A stretch of 64,000 nucleotides of DNA, taken from positions 285,014,001 through 285,078,000 of the forward strand of contig OZ024741.1 in NCBI GenBank assembly GCA_964016885.1, written 5' to 3'. The first letter of the stretch is position 1; every line of letters starts with the position of its first letter. Below, piece after piece: positions 1 through 12,603 of the stretch. The notes beneath the pieces were generated by a model that saw only the letters and a list, made by a program, of their open reading frames with translations, did not search any database and was not told the DNA's origin. Source of the DNA: Eledone cirrhosa. Its lineage: Eukaryota. A program made the translations under genes and the position numbers.

Positions 1-1080
1 GCTGTGAGCGCTTGAAGACATTCTATCCCCCAAGCGCTGCTCCTCGGTTTCTACTTGAACCAGCACTGCAGCTCCGTCGTGAAGAGTTGAGGAAAACCGT
101 GCTAAGTGAATAGCGATCACACCTGATCACCGTTCAGAATAAGCTGGAAATGTCATAGCCTCAGCGCATGTCTGCGCTTCATCAGCCATGGCATGCCCAG
201 CCCTCCCTCAGTGGGTGTGGACAACAGATGAACTATCTCACCAGTGGAACCTGTACCTTCCACGGGAAGTTGAAGAGCAGACGCTCCAGCTTGATGAGGT
301 GCAGACTGGGGCAAGGTACGAAGATTAGGCGGTAGTAGATGACGAACGCGATATACGTGTTCGCCACCTCCGCCCAACCTTTCAGGAATAGCTTCCTCTC
401 ATATGATTTCATTTATAAACATGGTGATCTCTTCGCTGCGGAAGGGTGTGTTGGAGTTTGCCCTGCTTTTTGGTGGGTGGTGAAGAGACCATCCGCAGTG
501 CCATATCTTATCACCCGGGCTATGTTATTTTATGAGCCCACACGGCACCCATAGTCTTTTGATCTTGAGACTCGCTCGCCCGTTCTACTCGGTGCGATGT
601 CGTTCCATTCGTGCAGTACGAGATCGTACAAAGACGTCTGTTATCCATGATGTCGGATACAAACTGCTTGGTCTCATTCATTTCCTCCTCGCTGACATAT
701 ACTCTTTTTACGGTGTTAGTCGCCTTCGTGAAGAATATGGACACCTTGGTGGCTCTTGCCTGCTTTGAGGCATCGTCATGTCTGCTACTGTTGTTGTTAT
801 TGTTGTTCCCGTTGCTGTTGCTGTTCCCGTTGTTGCTGCTGTTGTTGTTGTTGTGGTTGTCACTTTTGTTAGTGTTGTTGTTGTTATCGTTGATGCTATT
901 GTTGTTATTGCTTCTGTTGTTGTTCATGTTATTGCTGTTGCCATTGCTGTTTATTTCTGCTATGTTTATTGTTGCTATGTTGGTGTTTGTTGTTGCTGTT
1001 ATCGTTGTCAATGTTCTTATTCTTTGTGTTCTCTCGGTTGAAAGTGTTGCTTTGAATTTCTTTTTTTTATTTTTTTGTTT
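1..1080 (-). mobile_element. Tx1-clade LINE remnant, internally deleted (N-rich ORF1 start joined to an ORF2 post-RT fragment)
   Basis: 153-377 encodes PTEGGLGMPWLMKRRHALRL, as in the ORF2 copy at 27.0 kb. 520-1011 is Asn-rich, then RVYVSEEEMNETKQFVSDI, which resembles the ORF1 core at 30.9 kb. Confidence 0.75.
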
Positions 1081-2474
1081 CAGCTGTTTGTTGTTGTTGT
1101 TGTTGGTGTGGTGGTGGTGGTGGTATTAGGGGTGTTGGATATACTTGCCGTCGTTATGGTAGTGGGGTTTACAAAGGTAAACATTGGTAAACAAAGGTAA
1201 ACCTTTTGGTTACTGGAAGACGAGGTGTCTGTGTCTAGAAGTGTTTTTATGTTTTTGTTTGTGTCAATGTGTGAATTTTTTGGGGGGTGGGGGTAATAGA
1301 AGAGCTTTATTTGTCTTCCTCCTGGCTGGTCATCATTGGCGGGGGAGTTTCCACTGCTATTGCTGCTGATAGTGTTGCCGGTACTGGTGTGGGTGGTGGC
1401 CCCCGCCCTGGCGTCTGCAGCAGTGGGGTATGATTTCAACCCATTCCAATCGTGAGCTGGGGCAGAAGGCTCGCAAATGCGTTGTTTCTCCGCAGACGAA
1501 ACTGCGGCCTTTTGCCCTCAGTCATTATTTACAGTACAGTCGGACATGGTCTGCAACATTTTCTTTAGGTCTTCTATCCAGATTTAGAGAAGTATCTCCA
1601 AATCGAGCCCGGACCAGTCTTGCCTGGCTGTTTGTGTTGCTTCTATCGGGCCGGCATCTGTTCCTTCAATCACGCATCACTGGAGCCACTACATGTACAC
1701 TCCTGGTGGAAAACTGGGAATGCGAACTCATATAGTTCTCCTCCTCACGTAGGAAGGGTGCATTGTTACCTTGCTGGTTTTATAAGGGGTGACGGAATGT
1801 TTCATAGTGAGGGCTTCCGACTTAAAGAGCACCGAGATGGTGCCGTATTGTCTGCCGCTCGCTATGGACTCGGTGTCTTGCCTGATGCATTTCAGCGCAG
1901 CGTCTAATCGGTTTGCGGAGTGATCTCCGCTTTGCGAGTCTGCGCTGTAATGCTTCTATAGCCGCTGACGCGACGGGTAAGTTGGCCCAGGTTTACTCTC
2001 GTTTAATAAGCTTCCGTGCTTGGGCCAACCTTTTGTCTTTTTCGCTCAGGTCCAAGCTGAATCTTGGTCTCTCTTTTTTTGGCTGCAACAGTGAGAGATT
2101 CTCTCGTTGTTTGCGGTGCTGTTGCTGGTCACACTGTTGTCGCTGCTGTTGTTGTTGTTGTCGATGGTGCTTGTGGTTGTTGCGGTATCAACTTTCAATC
2201 GCTGTCACGGGATGGCAGACTTAATGTGTGTGTGTGGGGGGGGGGGGGGGGGGGGGGGTACATTTTTTTTTTTATTATGAAAAAGTATAAAGTTCAAATA
2301 TTTGGGCCAAAAGGCTAAAATATTATGAAGTATCTCCTTCACAGGGAAAAGGCGGAAGTCTTATGACCGCTTTGCAACAAAAATACAACTAATACAATTG
2401 AAAATACACTAAACTTGAAAAATACACTAACTTACTGAGCTAAAAAAAAATCACGTCTTCACCGTCTGACAACC
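1081..2474 (-). mobile_element. Tx1-clade LINE 5' portion (5'UTR plus degenerate ORF1)
   Basis: Homologous to ORF1 at 39-40 kb and 32.3-33.3 kb. The 5' terminus cacgtcttcaccgtctgacaacc abuts (AAT)n, as at 33298. Confidence 0.75.
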
Positions 2475-2719
2475 AATAATAATAATGATAATATATATTT
2501 TTTTAAGATTATTATCTTTTTATGATTTAGTTTAAAACATTACATTTTAGGGTTGTTTTTGTTATTTCTTTCTTCAAATGATATTATAAACCGACGGTAA
2601 ATGTAAACTGAAAACACTATACCAAATATATTATTGAATATATTTCAGAAAATTATTATTACCTAAACAATTTTCGTGGAATTTTCTATCATTTCCCTCG
2701 TGTGTTTGAGGCATATTAT

Positions 2720-3955
2720 CCGTTAATATTCTGGCTGAATAGTACAAATAATTGAACGATTTCTTTGAAAATAGCTTGAAAGAAGTTGGAAAGTGGAAAG
2801 TAGTAGTAAGCGTACTGCGATGAAATATCTCAATTAAGGGAATTAAAAAAGAGATGGGATATACAATCGGGGACTTCTAGGAAGTCGTTTACACGACACA
2901 ATTTCAATTCTACAAAGTTTTGCTTGGAAATAAATTCTCCGTCTTGCATTTGTGGTACAAATAGGCGCGAAAAATAGCAGCAGAGACAGGAAAGGTGTCT
3001 AAAGTTAAGACATGGAAGGGTTAAGCTGGAATCCGACTTCAGCTCAGAAAATAAAGTGTACTGGCTGACCATCCACCGATTTCGTTATAAGAAATCCTCC
3101 TCTATACCTGCTATTAGCAACGGGTCTGGGATTCTCCTCGCTTCAGAGAGGTGCATTCTCGTGAGTTGAGGAGAATAATTTGCTGATCTCCTAAATCCAG
3201 TCACAAGAGCAATTAAAGAGCTGAAATGTGGTAAGTCCGCTACCGATGACGAAATTTGACCCGAGATGTTAAAAGTCTTAAATAGAGACGGTATTCCCTG
3301 ACTGACTCGTGTGTACCGGTTGGCTTGCAAATGCACCTAAGCAATGTCAAGTGGGAGGGATAATCCCAATTTTCAAAAAGGGAGACAAGAGAGATTGCTT
3401 CGATTACAGAGTGATCTCTTTGTTAAACCTCCCCGGTAAAGTCTATGCGAAGTGTCTGGCAAAGAAATTTAGGGAGATTGTCGAGTCCAATCCAACTGTG
3501 AGGTTTTCACCTCGGACGCAGCACAACCGACCAAATATTCACACAGTGGCATGTCTTTGAGAAATCGTGAGAGTACTGCCAGGAGGTGTACTCTTGCTTT
3601 GTAAACTTCGAAAAGGTATACGACCGCGTTTCACGGGATCTACTGTAGAAGGTTCACCAGGAGTATCGGATCGATAGAGAGCTTCTTGTCCTGATGTGCC
3701 TATACGAATGTCCGAGTATTTGTGTTCGGATAAATGGTGCTAAATCGAAACCCTTCAATGTTGGTGTCGGACTCTGTGAAGTATGCGTACTGTCAGCTCT
3801 CCTGTTCACAATCTTCATAAACGGGATTGACATGCACAGCCAGGCTGGAATTGATATCACAACTGGCAGAAGTAGGAGCAGTCGTCTGGAATTTGCAGAT
3901 GACATGGCATTACTTAACGCGTCAGAAACTGATCTCCGATATCCACTTTAAAGGT
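2720..3955 (+). mobile_element. RTE-clade LINE reverse transcriptase fragment
   Basis: IIPIFKKGDKRDCFDYRVISLLNLPGKVYAKCL, FEKVYDRV and LEFADDMALL motifs, with stops and frameshifts. Confidence 0.85.
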
Positions 3956-4025
3956 TTTACTCATAAATCGAGGTTCCTTATTGACAAATATTGAGTTAGT
4001 TTCTTTGTAATGTTTCTAATCTAAC

Positions 4026-4026
4026 T

Positions 4027-4074
<48 letters not shown>

Positions 4075-4075
4075 T

Positions 4076-4136
<61 letters not shown>
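4026..4136. repeat. (TAC)n microsatellite
   Basis: Direct reading. Confidence 0.95.
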
Positions 4137-4137
<1 letters not shown>

Positions 4138-4604
4138 GATATAAGTAAAATGAAAGAATCAACAAAACTAATATACGAAATAGAGAATAGATATTACTTT
4201 CATACAAATCAGAACTCGTATAAATGAGTTGTATGATATTTTATTGAATTGTATATATTTTTATTTCTTATTCAATACAAATATCAGGTTTTCGTCAAAA
4301 AGTACTGTCGATCTCAGAATAGTCTCATTAACCCATACAAATCAATATTGACTTCTAAAGTTTCACTCGAATTACCAAAAGTAGCTAAACATAATTCATA
4401 TCACACCCTGCTATCTTTAGCATGTATGCATGGTCCCGTAACTCCCGAAGGAGTCGTTGGGGGCGTCATATTTACATACGGCGTTTCTGGGCATTTTAAA
4501 ACCTGGCCAAGCCCAAGTCTCTCCATGTCTGAATACAGCAGATTTCTTCGAGAGAAGAATAGAGAGAGAGTGTGTGTGAATGAAAATCAGAAAAAGAAAG
4601 AGAG

Positions 4605-4765
4605 GAAGATTCAACCCCAGTACTTGATTGGTACGTATTTTATTGACCTTGAATTGATGACAGATAAAGTTGACCTCGGCAGGATTTGAACTCAGAAAGC
4701 AGAGAGCCGAAACAAATACCGCAAAGCATTCTATACGACGTTCTAACGACTCTGCCAATTATCCA
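4605..4765 (-). mobile_element. tRNA-derived SINE (family A), diverged
   Basis: gttgacctcggcaggatttgaactcag...tctgccaatt is the reverse complement of the family head and core. Confidence 0.75.
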
Positions 4766-5136
4766 CTTTGCTATCTTTAGAGCAACGGCCAAAATACCTC
4801 ATTTTAATTCCTTTTTTTTTCTTAATTTTTAATGTATTTTCACACTATATGCTAAGAAAAGCCATTTAAAGTTTAAGAAAGAATTCAAAAGCATTGCTAC
4901 TCAAACGATACGACTCCAGAGATGTGGGAGATTGTTTTCTGGACTGCAGAACCCCATGAGGCACAAGCTATCTCATGGTGCTGGTCTCACGATCATGAGT
5001 TTGGGGGTTCGATTCCAGAGAATTGGTGTGAGATGAATATGTATATTTAAATCAGGTGACTAAATTCCTTACGTCATTCGATTTAAATATCACACATCGT
5101 TTGGCACATGTATTATATGTTGTGTGTGCGTACGTG

Positions 5137-5200
<64 letters not shown>

Positions 5201-5879
5201 TGTGTGTGTGTGTGTATGTGTGTGTGTGATTGTATGAGTGTGCGCACATGTGTATGTGTGTGTGTTTTTATCATCTTATCACGCCTTTTTGCAGCTGACA
5301 GAAACAGATGAAACAGAATTAATTGTTTTATATATCATTTTCTTCATTAAGTAGGTTGGATCTGAACATTTGAGAGAGCTTTGTAGAGAATTCTTAACTG
5401 TATTAAATGACGTTTTTATAATTTTATTTTTCGAGAGGTCAGTGAAATAACAAACTCGTTAGAGCGTTGGGAAAATGCTTAGCTGCACTTGTTCCCGGTG
5501 AGGTCAACATTTCCTTTCGTTGATCGATAAAATAAAGTTTCAATCAAACAATCCGTCGACTTTCATTTCATTCCAAAATTGCTGACCTTGTTCTTAAATT
5601 AGAATTTTTTTTTCAGGCTAAATTAATGTCCTGAAAGGGTAGACTTTACTTTTCGTTCTTTCGTGGTCGTTAAAATATAATACCAGTCGGGTACTAGGGC
5701 TAATATAAAATACTTACCTTCTGTGTTTATCTTGAGCCGCAGTTTCAAAACTCTATGTATATAAAAAATATAATACAATGTATATGTGTCTATATGTGTG
5801 TATAATCTGTTTATCCAGGATTCTGACTAATGGATTGAATTATTATTTTTATTGAATTATTATTTTTATTATAGAATAT

Positions 5880-6612
5880 CGGTGGATTGGCAGTATCGGT
5901 AGAGGGTCGGACGCCATGCTTTGTAGCATAGAGTTACGGCCCTTGCTATTCTGAATTCAAATCCCGCCGAGGTTAACTTTGCCTTTCATCCTTACGAGGT
6001 CGATAAAATAAAGTACCAGTAATGCACTGGGTAATTGCTGGCCTTGTGCCAAAAGTAGAAACAATTATTATTATAGAATATAGGGGGCGCTGGATTGGCA
6101 GTATCAGAAGAGGGTCGGACACCATGCTTTGTAGCATAGATTTACGGCCCTTTATAGTCTGAGTTCAAATCCTTCTGAGGTTAACTTTGCCTTTCAACCT
6201 TACGAGGTCGATAAAATAAAGTACCAGTCACGCACTGGGGTCGATTTAATCGACTTTCCCCTCTCCCAAAATTTCTGGCCTTGTGCCTATATAGAAAACC
6301 ATTATTATAGAACAGAAGGGCGCCGGATTGGCAGTATCGGTAGAGTGTCAGGCACTATGCTTTGCAGCATAGAGTTATGGACCTTTACGATCTCAGTTCA
6401 AATCCCACAGAGGTCAACTTAGGCTTTCATCCTTACGGGTCGATAAAATAAAGTACCAGTAATGGGCTAGCTGGCCTTGTGCCAAAAATAGAAACAATTA
6501 TTATAGAACAGAAATGGTGGTAGATTGGCAGAATCGTAAGGGTGTAGGATAAAATGCTTTACGTTATTTCTCCCTGTTCTTTACATTCTGAATTTAAATT
6601 CAGCCAAGGTCA
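5880..6612 (+). mobile_element. Head-to-tail array of four family A SINEs
   Basis: Copies at about 5880-6072, 6085-6308, 6318-6503 and 6515-6612 (truncated). Each has A box TGGCAGTATCGG, B box GTTCAAATCC, core gcctttcatccttacggggtcgataaaataaagtaccagt and, except the last, an ATT tail. Confidence 0.9.
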
Positions 6613-6709
6613 ATAAATTAACGAGCCAGAACATATATAATCAAGGTTTAGCAAATAGAGAAAGAGTTTTGAAATAAAATTTAAAAAGTTTACTGTACCT
6701 ACTATATTT

Positions 6710-6793
6710 ACCCTTACCGCGCGGTTTCAAGTCTCAAAATAAATGGATAATCCATGCGGACATCTATTGAGAAGAAGACTTTCGTCAGAGGGT
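6710..6793 (-). ncRNA. Type I hammerhead ribozyme, intact core
   Basis: Minus strand: ACCCT-CTGACGA-AAGTCT..AGACTT-GAAA-CCGCGCGG-TA-AGGGT. Confidence 0.85.
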
Positions 6794-7273
6794 TCTTCTC
6801 ACTCGGAGAATATAAAATTCCCGAGTTCAAATCATGAACTGGCGCCATACAGAACTGTTCCCGGATGAGAGTGTATATGAAGAAACGATCTTGTCTAGTG
6901 CCGAGTGAGAAGAACTTTTTCTCTATTTGATAAACCTTGATTATATATGTTCTGGCTCGTTAATTTATTAACCTGCCATAGAACCACATTGGCATACGGT
7001 TGGATAATACATGTGTCCCTATATGCATTTTTTGCATGTAGGAAAACATACTTTATTATTATTAATCTCCCCTGGTCGAGATAACATTTTCGTCGTTTTA
7101 ATTGCTGCTATTTCTAGTGGCAGGACCTTGACCTTTCCGCCCTTGCCTTCTATCTTTACACACGATACTAGACAAGATTGTTTCTTCATCATACACTCTC
7201 ATCCGGGAACAGTTATGTATGGCGCCAGTTCGTGATTTGAACTCGGGAATTTTATATTCTCCGAGTGAGAAGA

Positions 7274-7357
7274 ACCCTCTGACGAAAGTCTCCTTCTCAA
7301 TGGATTTCCGCATGGATTACCCATTTATTTTGAGACTTGAAACCGCGCGGCAAGGGT
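7274..7357 (+). ncRNA. Hammerhead copy with cleavage-site mutation (GTA>GCA)
   Basis: ACCCT-CTGACGA-AAGTCTC..GAGACTT-GAAA-CCGCGCGG-CA-AGGGT. Confidence 0.75.
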
Positions 7358-7458
7358 AAATATAGTAGGTACAGTAAACTTTTTAAAATTTATTTTAAAA
7401 CTTTTTCTCTATTTGCTAAACCTTGATTATATATAAATAAATATATATATATATGTAT

Positions 7459-7713
7459 ATTAATTCAAAATATTAACAAAATAGATATTCTTGTGATCAA
7501 GTATATTTTATTATACATATTTCAGAGGTACTGAGTTAAGTTTAACAGTACGTCCTCGTCAGATAAAATAAGATGATGCATGACATACCCTGACAAAGTA
7601 GATGGTTAAGATTCAGTCATGGTAGTCACTACCATGACTGAATCTTAACCAATATGTATAATAAAATACACTTGATCACAAGAATATCTATTTTGTTAAT
7701 ATTTTGAATTAAT
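7459..7713. repeat. Inverted repeat with internal perfect 23-bp hairpin
   Basis: 7459-7521 is the inverse of 7651-7713; 7604-7626 and 7628-7650 form a perfect palindrome. Confidence 0.85.
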
Positions 7714-7865
7714 ATTAATAACTCTGGAAAACCATTTCTATTGAGTGCTTCCAATCTATTGTAAAACTCATTCTTTGATTTATTCATTGAACCTTGTTTA
7801 ACTTTTATATATATATATATATATATTAGGATTCTGTCGATCGATTGGTTATTGATTAGGCGATA

Positions 7866-7975
7866 CCCGCTGATGAAGACGCATAAGCCGATTGTGCATT
7901 GTTGCATAATATATGCAGACAGATAGTGCAGTGCACCTTACTGCTGCATTAGTGCGGCAGAAACTCGAGTCCGGG
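7866..7975 (+). ncRNA. Type I hammerhead ribozyme with long stem II insert
   Basis: CCCG-CTGATGA-(about 83 nt)-GAAA-CTCGAG-TC-CGGG. Confidence 0.75.
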
Positions 7976-8094
7976 AACCACAATAGGCACCCGTTTTATG
8001 TGTGTTGTATTGAAGCAAATAACTATGTGTATACTCTGGTAATGTATCTTACATTGCCCATTGAGTACGCTGAGATACAACCGGTAATAACCCT

Positions 8095-8134
<40 letters not shown>

Positions 8135-8189
8135 CGGCGATGAATTAGTTTTGCGAGGTTTTTTTATATGAAATCGTGTGTCGAAACAA

Positions 8190-8281
8190 ATATTGTTATA
8201 CTTGGGGAGGGTCATATTTGTGTGTTCTGTTATTATTTCTGGCAATATTACACAAATATGACCCTCCCCAAGTATAACAAA
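8190..8281. repeat. Short inverted repeat of a PLE-like terminus
   Basis: ttgttatacttggggagggtcatatttgtgt and its inverse. The same terminus flanks the GIY-YIG fragment at 56.19 and 56.96 kb. Confidence 0.75.
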
Positions 8282-8316
8282 AATATATATATATATATAA
8301 CAAAAATATATATATA

Positions 8317-8722
<406 letters not shown>

Positions 8723-8781
8723 AATATTCGAAAAACTCAGATTACATTTATATATATATATATACACACACACACATATAT

Positions 8782-8861
8782 ATTGGGTCGTCAAGTATGA
8801 AATTTGTAGAAATAGTAAAAAAAAACCCAAATTTCTACAAATTTCAAACTTGATGACCCAA
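8782..8861. mobile_element. Small palindromic MITE-like remnant
   Basis: ttgggtcgtcaagtatgaaatttgtagaaat versus atttctacaaatttcaaacttgatgacccaa; left end in TA. Confidence 0.55.
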
Positions 8862-10033
8862 TGTGTATATGTTGTATTATTTTGGTAACATGCTTCTGGT
8901 CGCCTTATTCTTGGTGTCACAGTTCTTTAACTTTTTGTGTTCGCTCTGGGTGGAAATATATCAATTCTTCACTCATTGAATGCTTCGTGATTGCCACTTA
9001 TAATTCGATTGATATCTGCTATAGTGCAGCTGCAACTTCGGTCATACTCATTATTACTATTATTATTATGTTATATATATATATTGAAGTTGGTGGTTCA
9101 CCACATTATAGAACCTTTTTATTCAGTGTAATTAACCATGGAGCATTCGGGGCAGTAACCCTTAAGGGCGGGACGTAGGCTGACCCTGGATCAAGTATTT
9201 TTAACTTTATTTTTTGTCTCCGTGTACACAACATGTGTTCACCATATTTCCTTTATAACTGTTATGCAACGAACCTGATGATGTCACTGGATTCTTACTG
9301 GTAATTTAAATATATATATAGTTCCTGCAGAATAAAAACTTTAAAGGAATTTCAACTTTCCGGCCTCCTGTCGCTTTATTCACACACACAATCGCGCGTG
9401 TGTATCACTTAGAAGTAGCACTAACATAGCGTGCTTGCTTTTATGGTGTATTTGAAAGCATATACAATATGTTTATGTATAATAGACATACGAAGGCTCG
9501 CTTGTAGCCAATATCTAGAACAATAAGATGTCCGTGACAAACCCCTAAAGAACAAGTATAGTTTAAGGACTGTAATCTGAGAAACAACAAGGTCAACTTC
9601 AATTATGGGATGGATTGGCTACACTATAGACAATGCAGCGAGAATCAAACTAACATTAACAACTTCTTTATACACTTCCTGTATATCGGCTGCATTTAGT
9701 GATATAAATAAGTAGTTTATATCACTAACTTCAACAGGTAGTATGCAAATATTCTGAATCTATTACAAACTGTATGTGTGCCCTCAATATTTTGGTATAT
9801 TATTGTGAGAAATTAAAGCAAAATCTACAGATGTTTTCATTTCTGAAAAGAATGAGTAAGATTTATTCTTTCACTGGCATATGAATCCATTCTGATATAA
9901 ATGTTTTTTTCCTAAAGAGATTTAGAAACTGTCAGTGTGAAAAGGCCCAGCGAAAGAAACAAAACAATTTAGGTAGAATGGACGGATTTACAGACTCCAT
10001 TATGATAGGAGTATTAAGAATGATAAACATAAA

Positions 10034-10090
<57 letters not shown>

Positions 10091-10279
10091 ATAAATAATA
10101 TACTCAATGGTATGCTTTTACAACCATTGCTAACAAAAAGTAATAATATAATATAGCCCGCACACATTTCTCTTTCCTGAGACGTTCATACTATACAATC
10201 AACAAACACAGTGAAATTTGATGGCAAAAAAAAAAACACACGCACACACAAAAAAAAACATATATTTCTTAATATTCCT

Positions 10280-11340
10280 TTATATGAAGTCGATAAAAGG
10301 AGTTTCCGTTTGCTTTCCACATTTTCTTAAATTATTGGATCAATATAACTGGGTGTAGTTACCAAGGTTAATAGTTAATTTGAATTGTTTTAGACTTATC
10401 TGAGTAAACATTGGTGGAACAGAATGACGCTCCAGATAAATAGTAGTTTTGCGGGTGAAAGATAGCAAAAACTGTCTAATATTGTATTGAAAGTGACAGG
10501 AGGTGGTGGAGATAACTAGAGTGTATCTAAGGGAAGATATTGCATATCCTCATCATTATCTAAAGAGATTAAGAAAGGCAAACAGTTTGATAGGTGGTGA
10601 TTGTTGTAGAAGCAATTGAGATACATGAACATGAGCTGGGTACTGCAAGAAATGATGAGGGATCCTCCATCAGTTTCGACGATGAGCATTTAGTGATTCA
10701 ATCAAAACTAAACCTCTGAATACTGAATTGAGGTGTATGCGGTCGGTTATTTCACAGGCACGTGTACCGTTAACATAATCCCCAAGTGGAATTAGCGTGA
10801 CAAAATATATGACTAAGCTGGAAATTAGAAGTACACGTGCAATCCATCCGACGGGCTTCTTCGCAGTTTTCACCCTCCCAATTTAACCTATGAGGCTTTT
10901 TTCGAAAAGATTTTATATATAAAAAGAATTGTCCATGATTCCTCACAGTGGAATCGAATGCGCGACCAGACGATTGATCTTCTTTACTACTCAATTATGC
11001 CTGCGCCAACACAGACGGAAATAGTGTCTATAATTGACACCGCAATACAAAATGATTATAATGTTGTTCATTAGCGGGCACAAAAAGCTAAGGAATTACA
11101 CTGACTTTGCTGGAGAATTAAAGAAATTGTGGTTGATAAGGAATTCGTACATCTCATTATACCATCTGTAGTTAATACACAATCACTTCCATAAAATTAT
11201 CAATGGATTACCTATAAGGATAGACATGATCACGCCCAATAGAATTTCAATACTAAAGTAATTAAATGTTGATTATTGCTCCTATGCATTTTTAATTAAT
11301 TTTTATGTTGCAAAAACGGAAACCCGTGATAAATCATAAA
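10280..11340 (-). mobile_element. Highly decayed Helitron Rep/PIF1 helicase fragment
   Basis: Scattered peptides (IGRDHVYP, LTTDGI, VNGTRACEI, YLSGASFCSTNV) occur in the order expected for Helitron Rep-helicase motifs. Confidence 0.4.
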
Positions 11341-11669
11341 AAAGAAATAATAATTATGTCTCATTTTGATAGAACTACATATTTCGTAGAGGAGAGAGAA
11401 CAGTCTGATCGATTAACTAAATATCACAATGTATTTTCTTCGGTGCTCGAAGTATTCTGCAAATAAACATAAGGAAGTTTTACATTAGTCAGTGAAATGG
11501 ACAGAGTCGTTGGTACATTATTATGGCTCTGAATTAAGTGCCTCTGTATTTGTTCTGGTTCTCTGCGGTCTGTATTCATATCTCGCCATAGTCAAGTTTG
11601 CTTTTTGTCTTTCGGAATCACCTGCTCTTAAATAATTCATCTTTACATAAATTATGTAATACATGACAA

Positions 11670-11865
11670 GGTTGGTGGATTGTCAGGATCGTTAAAGCGT
11701 TGGGCTAAATGATTTGCAGTATTTGTTCTGGCTCATTACATTCTGGGTTCAAATCCAGCCGAGTTCCACTAATGTCGATAAAATATTGCAACAGTCAAAT
11801 AGTGGAGTCGATATAATCGACTCTCCCTACCACCAGTTGCTGGCCTTGTGCCAAAATTAGAAATC
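11670..11865 (+). mobile_element. Family A SINE, diverged
   Basis: ggttcaaatccagccgag...gctggccttgtgccaaaattagaaatc. Confidence 0.8.
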
Positions 11866-12023
11866 ACCGCAAATGACTTACATGATGTTATACCCCAATA
11901 TATTCTTTAACACAAACACATACCCACACACACAGTCATTACGTCTCTCTCTCTATATATATTAGAAAGTGAGGTTTTTTTACAAAATGAAAAATAACCG
12001 AGGTGTCCTACACCAGTGAAAGT

Positions 12024-12332
12024 ATAAAGAAAAAAAGATGAAATCGAAAATGCAACTGGAGTCTTATTTTTTTTTTAAATATATATATTTATTTGGTTCC
12101 TTTACCGGTTTCGCAGTTCTTCTGCTTTTCAAAAGTAGAGTTGAGATGGAGGGTCTGTGGTTTTTCTCACAGTGGTTTATATATACATATATAAAACCAC
12201 AGACCCTCCATCTCAACTCTTCTTTTGAAAAGCAGAAGAGCTGCGAAACCGGTAAAGGAACTAAATAAATATATATATTTTTTTTAAAATAAGACTCCAG
12301 TTGCATTTTCGATTTCATCTTTTTTTCTTTAT
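12024..12332. repeat. About 140-bp-arm palindrome containing a U3-A8 hammerhead variant in each arm
   Basis: 12024-12165 is the inverse of 12193-12332. Motif at 12220-12259: TTCTT-TTGAAAA-GCAG AAGAG CTGC-GAAA-CCGG-TA-AAGGA. Confidence 0.85.
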
Positions 12333-12545
12333 ATATATATATATATTTATTTATTTAAGTTTGTTGGTTCACCACTGGATAGAACTGGTCATTCAGTATG
12401 GTCAACCTCGATGTAATATTATGGAAAGCACTCAACGTAATGCAACTCACCCGTCTTCGTTTGTGTAGTTGGTGGTGCGAGTACGGAGTTAATAATTATA
12501 AAATAACAGGAGGCTGGACTGGTGTAATTCCTTAAAAGGTTTATT

Positions 12546-12603
12546 ATACTATGATCATTTCAATGACCGGGTTCAGTATGAATCCGGTGACATCATCAGG
12601 TAT
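12546..12603 (-). ncRNA. Type I hammerhead ribozyme, intact core
   Basis: Minus strand: ATAC-CTGATGA-TGTCACCGG..CCGGTCATT-GAAA-TGATCA-TA-GTAT. A homolog of the 5' half lies at 9273-9301. Confidence 0.75.

Larger units (their letters stand above)
6613..7433. repeat. Complex inverted repeat (PLE pseudo-LTR-like) carrying two hammerhead copies
   Basis: 6633-6900 is the inverse of 7167-7433; 6613-6665 is the inverse of about 6916-6969. Ends at (TA)n. Confidence 0.85.

Noticed and set aside
611-1129. Long hydrophobic Leu/Val/Cys-rich ORFs (also 17760-18308, 40129-40680, 42483-42897, 55669-56043)
   Set aside because: Antisense or alternative-frame translations of microsatellites and Tx1 ORF1 low-complexity tracts.
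5880-6612. CRISPR-like repeat-spacer array or tRNA gene cluster
   Set aside because: Units are about 200-bp SINEs that also occur dispersed. A/B boxes are present, but there is no cloverleaf and no cas genes.
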